From Candidatus Anstonellales archaeon (GTDB lineage Archaea > Micrarchaeota > Micrarchaeia > Anstonellales > J096): DNA of 64,000 nt. Positions 47,476 to 57,858 of this stretch are shown in pieces; the stretch's first letter is position 1; each line of letters begins with the position of its first letter. Under the pieces are notes generated by a model. That model worked only from the letters and a program-made list of their open reading frames with translations, ran no database searches and had not been told where the DNA came from. The stretch is taken from the NCBI GenBank assembly GCA_038890615.1, contig JAWAFI010000002.1:17488-81487 (forward strand), written 5' to 3'. The translations under genes and the position numbers were made by a program.

Positions 47476-48705
47476 ATGGAAAACAAGCTAATATATGATG
47501 CAATAGAATTCCTTTCCTCAATAACCAGCTATGATCCTTCCAACATTGAAAAACTTAGGGTGCTCAAGGAGCAAATGCTCCAAATGGGCTTTGATTCACC
47601 TTTCAAGCCGATGCTCTCGCTGCCTTCATTTGATGATGAAGAGATGAGCGAAGCAGAGGCGCATGATGTAAAGAAGCACCTCTCCTATTTCCGCTACCGC
47701 GCTTTTCTCAAGAAGTCATTGCTAAGGCAGGTGCAGCTTTCAATCGCCGCGCACAAGGTTTACAAAGCACTTGAGAGCTATGGCGCTCCGGATATCCTTC
47801 CTTATATCCCTTTGAAAGGCAACCATGTTGACATGTTCATTCGCTATGGGATTGATTCCCTTTTAGTTTACAAGCATCTTAGCAGCCTGCTTTCAAAGCA
47901 TGCAGATGAAGAATATTACTATATCGTAAATCTCAAAACAAAAAAAGGCATTGAGGCAAGGAAGGTCCAGAGGCTCAAAGGGCTAAAGGAGGTTGTGTCA
48001 AGCAAGAGATTTGTGCGCTCAAAGAAGCTCATCTCCTCCACCCCAATATCAATCTCCTACCTGACTGCGATAGCCACTTACACTTCAAGCTCTGTTCCAG
48101 AAGAATCAGGGATTTCTGATTCTTTGCGCTCCTACAACCAAGTGCTTAAGGAGCACGGGATAGTGCCATTTGTATTCATGGACAAGGTGGAAGGCTTTGA
48201 GCATGTGAAGGAGGCATTAGCCAAAAAAGGGTTTATGCTTGAGCAGAAGGATGATTTCATACTCTCCCCTAAGATTGAGGCAGAGCTGCGGGAAGTGCGG
48301 AGGCGCAGGATGGAAAAGCTCAAGCAAGTTGCAACCCTGCTTTTCTTGACGCCACTGCTTAAGTTCTACCTTCTCAAATCAAGGAGGCAGAGGGAATCAA
48401 ACCCTTTGATCCCTTCAATCGAGACTGAGCCCTCATCAAACCAGCTTTCAATATTTTCTGCGCTTGCAGAAGAAGAGGCGCGCCTGAAAGGCATTGAAAA
48501 GGCGCTTTCTGAGAAGCTTATGCTTGAAAAGGCAGTGAAGGACCAGCAGAGATTAGCTGTTTCCCTGCTTAAAGTGCACACATCTCTTCCAAGCACATGG
48601 ATTGCTGACTTTTGCTCTGTGAATGTGGAATATGTTGAAAAAGTGCAGCCATGGCATTCCTTCATAAAAGGTGGCAGGGGTGAAAGGTTCCTCAAGGAGC
48701 TTTAA
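47476..48705 (+). CDS. DUF530-like archaeal protein
   Basis: QM..MGF.SPF and FR..A.LKK..L..V..SIAAHK motifs recalled from DUF530. Confidence 0.6.
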   Translation: MENKLIYDAIEFLSSITSYDPSNIEKLRVLKEQMLQMGFDSPFKPMLSLPSFDDEEMSEAEAHDVKKHLSYFRYRAFLKKSLLRQVQLSIAAHKVYKALESYGAPDILPYIPLKGNHVDMFIRYGIDSLLVYKHLSSLLSKHADEEYYYIVNLKTKKGIEARKVQRLKGLKEVVSSKRFVRSKKLISSTPISISYLTAIATYTSSSVPEESGISDSLRSYNQVLKEHGIVPFVFMDKVEGFEHVKEALAKKGFMLEQKDDFILSPKIEAELREVRRRRMEKLKQVATLLFLTPLLKFYLLKSRRQRESNPLIPSIETEPSSNQLSIFSALAEEEARLKGIEKALSEKLMLEKAVKDQQRLAVSLLKVHTSLPSTWIADFCSVNVEYVEKVQPWHSFIKGGRGERFLKEL

Positions 48706-48985
48706 GCTTGTAGGCAAGAGCACTGCGCTTCTTAATTCACAATTGACTAAGGAAGTTGCCTTAGAGATTGCAAGAAACGAGCAAATAAAGGAAGTAGTGG
48801 TTTCCCAGACAAACTTGAAAAGGGCTTCCTTGCCTGTGTTGCGTGCCCTGCGCAAAGTGGGCATCACAATACGCACCAAGCCGTCTTTCAGGAAAAGAAT
48901 CCTAAAGCGCGTTTCTTTATCCCTCAACAAGAGCAAATCCCTCAGGTCAGCAGGCCTCTCTAAAAGCTTCTTTTATAGGAAGTAG
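48671..48985 (+). CDS. Small basic hypothetical protein (DUF1699-like, possible C-terminal HTH)
   Basis: TKEVALEI...LRALRKVGI resembles the usual DUF530 neighbour; start uncertain. Confidence 0.4.
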   Translation: MAGVKGSSRSFKLVGKSTALLNSQLTKEVALEIARNEQIKEVVVSQTNLKRASLPVLRALRKVGITIRTKPSFRKRILKRVSLSLNKSKSLRSAGLSKSFFYRK

Positions 48986-50029
48986 CTACCTGCTTACCTT
49001 GCCTTTGACCATTTCAATTATGCTTTCCTTTCCCTTGAACCTTTGCCTCACAGGCTCAATCATTTCATTGAGCTCTCTTGCAACTGCTGCCTTTAGGTCA
49101 AGCGGGTGTATCTTGCCTTGTGAATAAAGCGATGCCAGTTCGCCATCTATCTCAACTTCTATGTCGCCCCCAAACTCCTTCTTCCTTTCAATAAGGAGCG
49201 TTTCCTTTGATGCCCCTATTACATAGCTAGCTATCTCATACACAGGGTTGCCTTCTACCTGCCTTTCAGGGCAGAATGCCTTTTTGACCTTTCTCTCAAC
49301 TTCTTCCTTGCTCTCGTGCAAATAGATTGCTGTTTCTGGCCTGCTCTTGCTCATCTTGGCATCAAGAAGCTCCTCATCCTTGTAAGGGTCCATCTTCTTT
49401 GAGCTCTGGAGGCTGGGGAGTATGTGGTTGTGCACTGCTACAAAAGAGGGATTTATCTCCCTTGCAAAAACATGGACCTTCCTCTGGTCCATCCCTGCGT
49501 GCGCTATGTCTATGCCCATATAAAATATGTCCGCTGCCTGCATGAGCGGATAAATTATGTTTGCTGTGTGTATGCTCTCCCCTTCCTTCCTGCCCATTAT
49601 GGTTGAGCACCTGAGCGCCCTCTTTATTGTAGCCCTCTTGCTGAGCTCAAGCACAAGCTTCCAGTAGTCTTCTTTGTATATTTCGCTTGCAAGCACATAG
49701 TTGGCATCATCTATGCCCATTGCCCTGTACAGCTCAGTAAAGTATTCCCTTCCAGCCTTTTGTATAAGCTCCAAATCCCCTCCAAGCTTGTTGTTTATCC
49801 ATGCGTGGTAATCCGCAAGGAAAACATTAAGCTCTATTCCTGCTTTCTTAAAATGCTTCATCTTCTCTGCTATAAGCAGGTTGCCTATGTGCCCTATGCC
49901 TGAAACCTCAAAACCTATGTAGTGCTTGGGCCTGCTCTTTTCTTCAAACAGCTTCCTTAAATCTTCTGGCGTTATCACTTCCTCTGTTGGCTTTCTCATC
50001 ACAAGAGCAATCCTCTCTTCTATGTCCAT
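48986..50029 (-). CDS. tyrS: Tyrosine--tRNA ligase
   Basis: YIGFE.SG..HIG, ADYHA, YPLMQAAD, AGMDQRK, KMSKS. Confidence 0.96.
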   Translation of the reverse strand: MDIEERIALVMRKPTEEVITPEDLRKLFEEKSRPKHYIGFEVSGIGHIGNLLIAEKMKHFKKAGIELNVFLADYHAWINNKLGGDLELIQKAGREYFTELYRAMGIDDANYVLASEIYKEDYWKLVLELSKRATIKRALRCSTIMGRKEGESIHTANIIYPLMQAADIFYMGIDIAHAGMDQRKVHVFAREINPSFVAVHNHILPSLQSSKKMDPYKDEELLDAKMSKSRPETAIYLHESKEEVERKVKKAFCPERQVEGNPVYEIASYVIGASKETLLIERKKEFGGDIEVEIDGELASLYSQGKIHPLDLKAAVARELNEMIEPVRQRFKGKESIIEMVKGKVSR

Positions 50030-50036
50030 GGGGGTT

Positions 50037-51758
50037 CTACACTATTGATATTAAAAATATTATCGCAACAAGAGCAAGGGCTATGATAAGAGGGAGCAGT
50101 ATTTTCGCAACTGCCATTATTGCGTTTGCAGTGCTTATTATCTCTATGGCACTGGAGAAGCCGAAAACCTTTTGCTCAACCCTTTCTTCTATGTACTTTG
50201 CCTTTGCAGGCACCATCCTCTTTTCTGCTTCCTTTATCATTCCAACTATGAACCCTGCATGCCCTTTGCTGCCTTTAAGTGGGTTGAACACTCCCTTAAC
50301 TGCATTCATCTCATGCGTGTCAGTGCTCATTACAATTACATTCATCCTGCCTGCCAGCCTCTTTATCTCTCTTGTTAGATTGTAGTCCACGCCATTTGAA
50401 TCAATTACTACGAGCGCAGTCCTTGGCTCTGTTGAGAGGACAATTACAGAGACGCCTCCACCTCCCACCCCCTTCCAATCAACCGATTTCCTAATGAAGC
50501 CAACCTTAAGGTTCCTTTCCTTGCCTTTTTCCATTAAGCCGTCCCTTATTGCCATTTCGTACTCATGGAATTCCGGAGTAGCTGCATCAAACATCGTAAT
50601 CTCTTCGGTGTCTGAATTGTGCTGGTCAACAAGAAAAGCTTTGCCTACAAACTTCTCTGCCTCCTTCTTTAATGCTAGCCCTGCGCCTATCGTGAGATCC
50701 TCAGTCACATAAGGGGCTCTAGTAATCATAACCATTGCGAATTTTCCAAAATCAATTATTTCAGCTGATGCATTGCCGAAATTGCCCTTCTTGTAGGTGC
50801 ATGCGCTTGAGTAAATCCCTTCTCCTTTGCTCCTTTCAATTATGTACTTAGCATACCTTTCAGCCTCTTCATGGGAAACCATGTTCATGTCATGGGTCAC
50901 TGTTGAGTGCAAAGCAACTGCCTCTTTGTCTTTTGAGTAAAGCAAGTAGGGGAAAGCGCTGCTCCCTAGCATCTTGAATGGTCCATAATGTATCATAGGA
51001 TTGACAAGCTTTACTGCCAAGCCTTGCCCCTCAAGGCATATGATCTGCATAGGGATTATAACGGTCTTAGCTATCCTTTCCATGCTTTCTTCAATTGAAA
51101 AATCCTCCCTGAACCACTGAGCTAGGAACATCTGCACTGCATCCACTGTCTTTAGCCCAAAGGAACGCTTTCCAGGCGCATTTATTATGTTGAAGAAGAG
51201 GTATATGGCCCCTGTAAACACAGCGCATGCAAGGAGGAACTTGAGCGCTATGGCTGCCGGGTCCATTCCAAGTATGTTCACTTCCATCAGGAAAAGGAAG
51301 TGGAATAATATGTGCACTGTGGCGAAAAGGAAAGCCCTTGTCTTCATCCCAAAAACCATCTTTCCTACTAGGAGCCAAAGCGCATACACAACGCCCCCGC
51401 CTATGAAAATCACAAATTCAAATGGTATGCCTGCTGTGTTCAAAGCAAGATAAAGCCCATATGCTAGCAGGAGTATTATTTCACCTACAAAGGATGTTGC
51501 TATTATTCTTCTGAAAGGGACTTCCCTAAGAAAGAGCTTTAATACTACTGAGCTAAGCAATGAGGGAAAAGCAAAAAGCATCAGGGATATGAAAACAGAT
51601 GCAACCACCCTTTCTGGAGTAAAAGGCCCATCTGAAATAAAGAAGTGGAATGCAGCAAATATCATTGAAACAAGGAAAATGCCCCCTGCAAAATACTCAG
51701 ACCTTGGAAGGTCTATGAACCCCTTTGTTACCTTAAGCGCCTCATTGGCTGCCTTCAT
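50037..51758 (-). CDS. DUF2070 family membrane protein
   Basis: Multi-TM N-half; IHYGPF..LGS, H...HD.N, D.HN, D.N, TDTH; start refined by ATGA overlap at 51755-51758. Confidence 0.8.
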   Translation of the reverse strand: MKAANEALKVTKGFIDLPRSEYFAGGIFLVSMIFAAFHFFISDGPFTPERVVASVFISLMLFAFPSLLSSVVLKLFLREVPFRRIIATSFVGEIILLLAYGLYLALNTAGIPFEFVIFIGGGVVYALWLLVGKMVFGMKTRAFLFATVHILFHFLFLMEVNILGMDPAAIALKFLLACAVFTGAIYLFFNIINAPGKRSFGLKTVDAVQMFLAQWFREDFSIEESMERIAKTVIIPMQIICLEGQGLAVKLVNPMIHYGPFKMLGSSAFPYLLYSKDKEAVALHSTVTHDMNMVSHEEAERYAKYIIERSKGEGIYSSACTYKKGNFGNASAEIIDFGKFAMVMITRAPYVTEDLTIGAGLALKKEAEKFVGKAFLVDQHNSDTEEITMFDAATPEFHEYEMAIRDGLMEKGKERNLKVGFIRKSVDWKGVGGGGVSVIVLSTEPRTALVVIDSNGVDYNLTREIKRLAGRMNVIVMSTDTHEMNAVKGVFNPLKGSKGHAGFIVGMIKEAEKRMVPAKAKYIEERVEQKVFGFSSAIEIISTANAIMAVAKILLPLIIALALVAIIFLISIV

Positions 51759-52759
51759 CCGACTTTCACCACTATGTTCTGCTTGGCTCCGCAGTGCGGG
51801 CACCTGTCCCCTTCAAGCATAATCCTTTCAACATCAAATCCACTCCTCTCTATTAGCATTGCCCTGCATTTATAACAGTATGTGCTCTCTGTTTCTTTAT
51901 TTCTAATGTTGCCTGTGTAAACGTATTTCATACCTGCCTCCATGGCTATTTCCCTTGCCCTCAACAATGTGCTTATTGGCGTCCTTTGCTTGTCCATCAT
52001 CCTGTATGCCGGGTAGAATGAAGTGAAGTGCAAAGGTACGCTTTTATCCAATTTTGCCACCCATTCTGCAAGCTGCATTATCTGCTCTGGCATATCATTC
52101 TCCCCAGGAATCAATAAGTTTATTATCTCAATATGCATTTTCTTATGAAGCTTCTTTATGCTGTCCAATACCCCTTCCATGTCAACCCCTCCGCATACCC
52201 TATCGTAGAACTTTTGGTCAAATGCCTTAAGGTCAACCCTCGCTGCATCAATATCACCCATGCTTTTTATGGCTTCTGGCGTCATATACCCATTAGTGAC
52301 AAACACGTTGTAGAGCCCTTCTTTTTTCGCAAGTTTTGCGGTGTCAAGAGCGTACTCCATGAAAACAGTAGGCTCAGTGTAAGTGTAAGCTATCCCATCC
52401 GCCCTACCCTTGCTCAACCTAACTATCTCTTCTGGAGAAAGGTCATCCCCAATTATGTCTAATTTTTGCTGGCTTATATCCCAGTTCTGGCAGTGCAGGC
52501 ATCTAAAGTTGCAACCAACAGTAGCAAATGAGAAAACCTGCGTTCCTGGCATGAAGTGGAAGAACGGCTTCTTCTCTATTGGGTCTATCATGTACGAAAC
52601 TGCCTTTCCATAGGCAATGGCATAAAGCTTCCCATCCCTGTTCTCCCTTATTCCGCAGTACCCTCTTCTTCCAGGAGCAATCATACATCGCCTTCTGCAT
52701 AGGTTGCATATAGCAAACTTATCTTCGCCTTTCTTCCACCACCTAGCCTCTTTGGCCAT
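51755..52759 (-). CDS. AmmeMemoRadiSam-type radical SAM enzyme
   Basis: C..C.R.C..G.CG.R, DPIEKKP.FHF.PG, GCNFRCLHCQNW, YTYTEP, C-terminal CxxC pairs. Confidence 0.92.
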   Translation of the reverse strand: MAKEARWWKKGEDKFAICNLCRRRCMIAPGRRGYCGIRENRDGKLYAIAYGKAVSYMIDPIEKKPFFHFMPGTQVFSFATVGCNFRCLHCQNWDISQQKLDIIGDDLSPEEIVRLSKGRADGIAYTYTEPTVFMEYALDTAKLAKKEGLYNVFVTNGYMTPEAIKSMGDIDAARVDLKAFDQKFYDRVCGGVDMEGVLDSIKKLHKKMHIEIINLLIPGENDMPEQIMQLAEWVAKLDKSVPLHFTSFYPAYRMMDKQRTPISTLLRAREIAMEAGMKYVYTGNIRNKETESTYCYKCRAMLIERSGFDVERIMLEGDRCPHCGAKQNIVVKVG

Positions 52760-52796
52760 GACAATTTCTTTATGGGGTCCTTTAAATCATTTCCTT

Positions 52797-53819
52797 TTAT
52801 CTTTTTGCCTCCTTAAGCATCTTCTTTATGCTGCTGTCAAAAGCCATATCCATGGCGCTATTCCCTTCAAAGTCCTTAACTGATGGATTAGCGCCATTTT
52901 GAAGAAGCAGTTCCACTACTTCTTTATATCCGTTGATAACCGCCCACATAAGCGCTGTCTTGCCGTTTTCATCCTGCGCGTCTAGCTTTGCCCCTGCCTT
53001 TATTAGGGCTTCTGCGCTTTCCTTCTGCCCATTCATTGCTGCCATAATAAGGGCGCTCTTTCCTTTGTTGGTATTGACATCAGCCCCTGCCCTAATAAGC
53101 ATCTCAATAACAGCAGTGTGCCCATTAGCAGCTGCCCCCATAAGCGCTGTCCAGCCGCTTGCTTCAACAGCATTTACATTAGCCCCTGCTTTTATAAGAA
53201 TCTCTACAGTGCTCAAATGCCCGTTTCCAGCTGCCCACATAAGCAGCGTCCTGCCCCTTTTGTCAGCAGCGTTTACATCAGCGCCAGCCCTAATAAGCAT
53301 CTCCACAACTTCTTTGTTCCCCCTGTCAGCAACTTCCATTGCCACCTTCTTTATCCAAGTGAAGTCTGCATTCACATTTGCTCCGTTGGCAATCAGCCTA
53401 ACCACTTCCTCAAGGTTGCAGTTTTTCCTTTCAGAGCAGTTCCTTATTATTTGCACCCCAAGCTCTGCTGCTTTTTCCTCTCCTATGATTTTCCTGTTTT
53501 TTATATTTTCTCTTTTAAGTTCCTCAAACGCCTCCTTATCCTCCTTCCCTTCCCTAATAGCCCCAACAACCCTCTCAACAACCTTCTCATTATGAAGCTT
53601 TTCTGAATTTTGCGCCTCAACCTTCTGCTCAGCCCCATACAGCGTTCTGTTTAATGCGAACGAAGCAGATGGTCCAAGTGCCATCCCTAATGAGACAAGC
53701 CCCAGCACAGCGAGCTCTTTTGTTTTTGTTAAAATCTTACCAAGCCTTCTTTCTTCAAGAGGGCTCTTAAGTAAAGGCTTTTTAGAGGATCCCTCAACCT
53801 CCCTTGTTTTCATTTTCAT
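52797..53819 (-). CDS. Ankyrin-repeat protein (EDKEAFEEL family) with a hydrophobic segment
   Basis: GKEDKEAFEELKRE; about six ANK repeats (GRTLLMWAA, GWTALMGAA, GKTALMWAV); LAVLGLVSLGMALG. Confidence 0.93.
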   Translation of the reverse strand: MKMKTREVEGSSKKPLLKSPLEERRLGKILTKTKELAVLGLVSLGMALGPSASFALNRTLYGAEQKVEAQNSEKLHNEKVVERVVGAIREGKEDKEAFEELKRENIKNRKIIGEEKAAELGVQIIRNCSERKNCNLEEVVRLIANGANVNADFTWIKKVAMEVADRGNKEVVEMLIRAGADVNAADKRGRTLLMWAAGNGHLSTVEILIKAGANVNAVEASGWTALMGAAANGHTAVIEMLIRAGADVNTNKGKSALIMAAMNGQKESAEALIKAGAKLDAQDENGKTALMWAVINGYKEVVELLLQNGANPSVKDFEGNSAMDMAFDSSIKKMLKEAKR

Positions 53820-53863
53820 GCTAATAACTATGCTCTAGCATATAAAAGAGTTTCGCTCTTGCG

Positions 53864-54625
53864 CTATGCCTCCTTCTCCCATTTCTCAAATGTTTCAAAC
53901 GAGCTTTTCCTTACGTTTTCTATATGCTTCTTTATAACCTCTCTAATCTCTTCTGTTTTCGCTACATCAGCAGTGGTCTCTCCAAAATAATTTTTTATCA
54001 AGGGGTTGGCACCTGCGTCAAGCAGCTCCTTTACAATCTTCAAATGCCCATTTTCAGCAGCCCTCATAAGTGCAGTGTATCCTTCATCTCCCTTTGAATC
54101 AATATTTGCACCTGCCTTTATAAGTTCTTTCACAACCTTCCAGTGCCCCTCCTCTGCAGAAATAAGCAGCACACTGTCCCCAAACATGTCCTTAGCATTA
54201 ACATTTGCCCCTGCGCCTATCAGCGCCTTTAACAATTTAAGATGGCCATTCTGTGCAGCCCAGCCCAAAGGAGTCTCATCGTACTCATCCTTTATTTCAA
54301 TGTCTGCACCTTGGGCAATAAGCTTTACAACCTTTGCTAAGTCGCTGAAGCTTGCTTTTTTGCATTCCCTCATTAGCTCTGCCCCAAGATACTCTGCCTT
54401 TTCCTCACCCACTTCCCTCTTCCTTTGCTCGTTGATTTCTTTAAGCCTATCAAAAGCCTCCTTATCCTCCTTGCCTCTTTTAATACTCTTAACAACTTCT
54501 TTTATAACTTCATCTTCACCTGCCATTCTTTTTTCAACAATGCTCTCCCCCATCCTGTCCTTTCCCTTTAAAAGTTTCTCCAGCAAACTCTTGATGAGGC
54601 CTTTTTTCATCCCGTCCTGTTTCAT
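53864..54625 (-). CDS. Ankyrin-repeat protein (EDKEAFEEL family)
   Basis: GKEDKEAFDRLKEINE; ETPLGWAA, GYTALMRAA, NPLIKN..GETTAD. Confidence 0.93.
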   Translation of the reverse strand: MKQDGMKKGLIKSLLEKLLKGKDRMGESIVEKRMAGEDEVIKEVVKSIKRGKEDKEAFDRLKEINEQRKREVGEEKAEYLGAELMRECKKASFSDLAKVVKLIAQGADIEIKDEYDETPLGWAAQNGHLKLLKALIGAGANVNAKDMFGDSVLLISAEEGHWKVVKELIKAGANIDSKGDEGYTALMRAAENGHLKIVKELLDAGANPLIKNYFGETTADVAKTEEIREVIKKHIENVRKSSFETFEKWEKEA

Positions 54626-54937
54626 GAAAGAATTTCACTCCAAATGCTTTTAATTGTATTCCTCATTTCACTGAAAATAGTAATCATACGTCTGCCTTTG
54701 TCATTAACATTGGATCCTAACAATATCAGCAGTTAAGTTCCTTTCTAGTTGGGTCATGCCATCTTCCAAGTGATTCTTGTACTTGAAGGCTTTATTGCTT
54801 TGATTCTCTTTATTCAAGCTCATCTGCTTCTTGACCGCGATATTTACTCCTAATGAATGCTTTCTTCCATCTCCCATTCAATATATTTTTAAACCATTAG
54901 GTAATTATACTAACGCAAAGCAATTAGAGGTGAGGAA

Positions 54938-55270
54938 ATGACAACAACACAACCAACAGCAACACAGAAGCCAGCGCAGGCACCAGCGCCGAGGCAGCAA
55001 AAGGAGGACAACTCTGTCTACGTTGGGAAGAAGGGGATAATGGGCTATGTGCTCGCAGTTGTGACCCAATTCAGCGGCACTGCCTCAACCGTAACTGTGA
55101 AGGCAAGGGGCAAGCTCATTTCCAGGGCAGTTGATGTAGCAGAGATAGTAAGGAACAGGTTCATGCCCAATGTGAAGATAAGCGAGGTGAAAATCTCCAC
55201 AGAGGAGCTGACCTCAGAGGACGGCTCTAAGTCGAAAGTATCTGCAATAGAGATCGTTCTCTCAAAGTAA
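54938..55270 (+). CDS. albA: DNA/RNA-binding protein Alba
   Basis: [39 protein letters not shown]. Confidence 0.96.
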   Translation: MTTTQPTATQKPAQAPAPRQQKEDNSVYVGKKGIMGYVLAVVTQFSGTASTVTVKARGKLISRAVDVAEIVRNRFMPNVKISEVKISTEELTSEDGSKSKVSAIEIVLSK

Positions 55271-55299
55271 CCTCTTAACCTAACCTCCATTTTATACTT

Positions 55300-57858
55300 A
55301 TGATATCACGATTGGGCAAGGCATATAGCGATCATTATATATACTCCCTTCTGGAAGAGTCAGTTGCGACTTGGTTCAAGAAGGCTTTCGGGTCTTTCAC
55401 AGAGCCGCAGAGGTATGCCATTGCTGAAATACACAAAAAGGAGAATGTGCTGATCTCCGCACCAACTGGCAGCGGCAAGACGCTCAGCGCATTCCTTGCC
55501 ATAATTAACGAGCTCTTCGCTCTTTCTCAGGAAAAAAGGCTTGAGAACCAAGTTTACTGCATCTATGTTTCCCCTCTACGCGCTTTGAGCAATGACATAA
55601 AGAAAAACCTGTTGGATGTTTTTGAAGACATAAAGGCCCAAGCCCTTCTTATGGGGAAAAAAGAAGCAGAGGAGATAAGGATAGGGGTGCGCACAAGCGA
55701 CACAACGCAATACGAGCGCAGCAAGATGTCTAAGAAAGCCCCGCACATCCTCATCACGACCCCTGAGAGCTTGGGAATTATCCTGAATTCTCCTGTGTTC
55801 TCCCAGCGCCTTAGAGGCACTAAGTATGTGATAATTGATGAGATACACGCCTTGGCTGGCAATAAGAGAGGCACCCACTTAGCAGTAAGCTTGGAGAGGC
55901 TTGCGCTTATTGCTGATTTTGTGCGCATAGGCCTGAGCGCAACAGTAAGTCCTCTGGAAGAGGTCGCGCGCTTCTTAGTAGGCTCAGGGCGCAGCTGCAA
56001 GATAGTTGATACTTCATCTTTGAAGAAAGTTGAGATAAGCGTGGAAACCCCTGTTGATGATTTCATTGCTTCCTCCTCTAAGGAGATTACAGAATCAATG
56101 TATTCCTTGATGGAAAGGGTTATCAAGGAAGGAAGGACCACGCTTGTTTTCACTAACACCAGGAGCGCAACAGAGAGGGTTGCCTACTTCCTAAAGCAGA
56201 AGCTGTCAATGGATGAGGTCCAGGCGCACCATAGCTCGCTTTCAAGGGAGCATAGGCTTGAAGTAGAGTCAATGCTCAAGAAAGGGGAAACAAAGGTTGT
56301 GGTAAGCTCAACTAGCTTGGAGTTGGGCATTGACATAGGGGCAGTTGATTCTGTTGTGCTTATTACTTCACCGAAATCAACTTCTAGGGCGTTGCAGAGA
56401 GTAGGGAGGAGTGGCCATTCAATGAGCAGGGTTGCAAAGGGAATAATGATCGCGCTTGACAATGATGACCTTATGGAATGCGCCGCAATAAAGATAAAGG
56501 CAGACCAGAAGGACATAGACAAGGTGCGCATAATAGAGAAGCCCTATGATGTGCTTATCCAGCACCTTTTCGGCATGTCTATTGAGCGCAAATGGAAGGC
56601 AGAGGAGGCCTTACAAGTGTTCAAAAGGGCCTACCCTTACCGCTCACTCACTATGGAGGAGCTTGAGAAGGCACTCCTTTACTTAAGCGGATTTTTCTCA
56701 GAACTTGAGAACAAGAAGGTTTTCGCAAAGGTTTGGTTTGAAAATGGGGAATTTGGCAGGAGAGGGAGGCTAGCCCGCCTCATCTACTATTCCAACAGCG
56801 GCACAATCCCTGATGAAACGGGCATAAAGGTCTTCAGTGAATCCTCAAGATACATAGGCAAGATTGAGGAGGCATTCCTGGAGCGCCTTGCAGAGGGCGA
56901 CCGGTTTGTACTCGGAGGCAAGGTATATGAGTTCATAAGCTCATCTGGCTCAAGGGTGCTAGTGCGGGAATCATCTGGCAACCCTACGGTACCTGCTTGG
57001 TATTCTGAAATGCTGCCGCTAAGCTACGAAACTGCGCTTTTCATAGAAGAGTTGCGCGAAGAGCTGAGCTCTTCAAAAGACCCCTATTCAATTCTACAAA
57101 ACAAGTACCGCCTATCAAAACGAGCTTCAAAAGCCCTTTCAAAATACATTGAAGAGCAGAAGCTTGCATGGTGCCCTTCCAGATCCAAGTTCTTCATAGA
57201 GCACTATTCCACTGAGAACATGTATATCTTCCATGCTTGTGCAGGAAGGAAGGCCAATGATGCTCTAGCACGCGCAATTGCCTACCGCATTGGGAGGAAA
57301 AAGAAATGCAACATAGCGCTAAGTGTATTGGACCATGGTTTCGTGCTTACCTTGCCTAAAGGCATAATCCTTTCGAAAGAGGATATCTCTTCATCACTTT
57401 ACCCTGATTTCTTTGAGAGCGATGTAAGGTCCTCAATAAAAAATTCCGAGGTCCTGAAAAGGAGGTTCAGGCATGTTGCACTTCGCTCTTTCCTTGTGCT
57501 GCGCTCCTACAAAGGGATTGATATAGGCATTGACAAACAGCAGATAAATGCAGAGAACCTTTTGAAATTCCTTGAAAGGAACTATAAGGATTTCCCTGTG
57601 CTTGATGAGGCATACAGGGAAGTGCTCTATGATTATATGCATATAGATGAGGCTCTTGATTATATGGGAAGGATGGCTGAAAAGGAATTGGTGCTTATAA
57701 GCACCTCCTCCCCAAGCCCATTCTCCTTCAACCTTATTGTTTCAGGCACAAGCGACATTGTGCTGATGGAAAGCAGGCACGAATACATAAAAAAGCTCTA
57801 TGCAAGGTTTATGGAAGGTGCATCCAATGCTGGGAAAAGGAAGGGAGCTAACCCCTGA
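55300..57858 (+). CDS. lhr: Lhr-type SF2 helicase (archaeal Lhr core)
   Basis: APTGSGKT, SPLRAL, ITTPES, DEIH, LSAT, HHSSL, LELGIDIG, QRVGRSGH, GTIPD. Confidence 0.93.
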   Translation: MISRLGKAYSDHYIYSLLEESVATWFKKAFGSFTEPQRYAIAEIHKKENVLISAPTGSGKTLSAFLAIINELFALSQEKRLENQVYCIYVSPLRALSNDIKKNLLDVFEDIKAQALLMGKKEAEEIRIGVRTSDTTQYERSKMSKKAPHILITTPESLGIILNSPVFSQRLRGTKYVIIDEIHALAGNKRGTHLAVSLERLALIADFVRIGLSATVSPLEEVARFLVGSGRSCKIVDTSSLKKVEISVETPVDDFIASSSKEITESMYSLMERVIKEGRTTLVFTNTRSATERVAYFLKQKLSMDEVQAHHSSLSREHRLEVESMLKKGETKVVVSSTSLELGIDIGAVDSVVLITSPKSTSRALQRVGRSGHSMSRVAKGIMIALDNDDLMECAAIKIKADQKDIDKVRIIEKPYDVLIQHLFGMSIERKWKAEEALQVFKRAYPYRSLTMEELEKALLYLSGFFSELENKKVFAKVWFENGEFGRRGRLARLIYYSNSGTIPDETGIKVFSESSRYIGKIEEAFLERLAEGDRFVLGGKVYEFISSSGSRVLVRESSGNPTVPAWYSEMLPLSYETALFIEELREELSSSKDPYSILQNKYRLSKRASKALSKYIEEQKLAWCPSRSKFFIEHYSTENMYIFHACAGRKANDALARAIAYRIGRKKKCNIALSVLDHGFVLTLPKGIILSKEDISSSLYPDFFESDVRSSIKNSEVLKRRFRHVALRSFLVLRSYKGIDIGIDKQQINAENLLKFLERNYKDFPVLDEAYREVLYDYMHIDEALDYMGRMAEKELVLISTSSPSPFSFNLIVSGTSDIVLMESRHEYIKKLYARFMEGASNAGKRKGANP

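Noticed and set aside
52933..54653. Long + strand ORFs (220 and 215 aa) and similar antisense ORFs elsewhere
   Set aside because: Ser/Phe-rich shadow frames opposite well-supported genes, a by-product of purine-rich coding strands.
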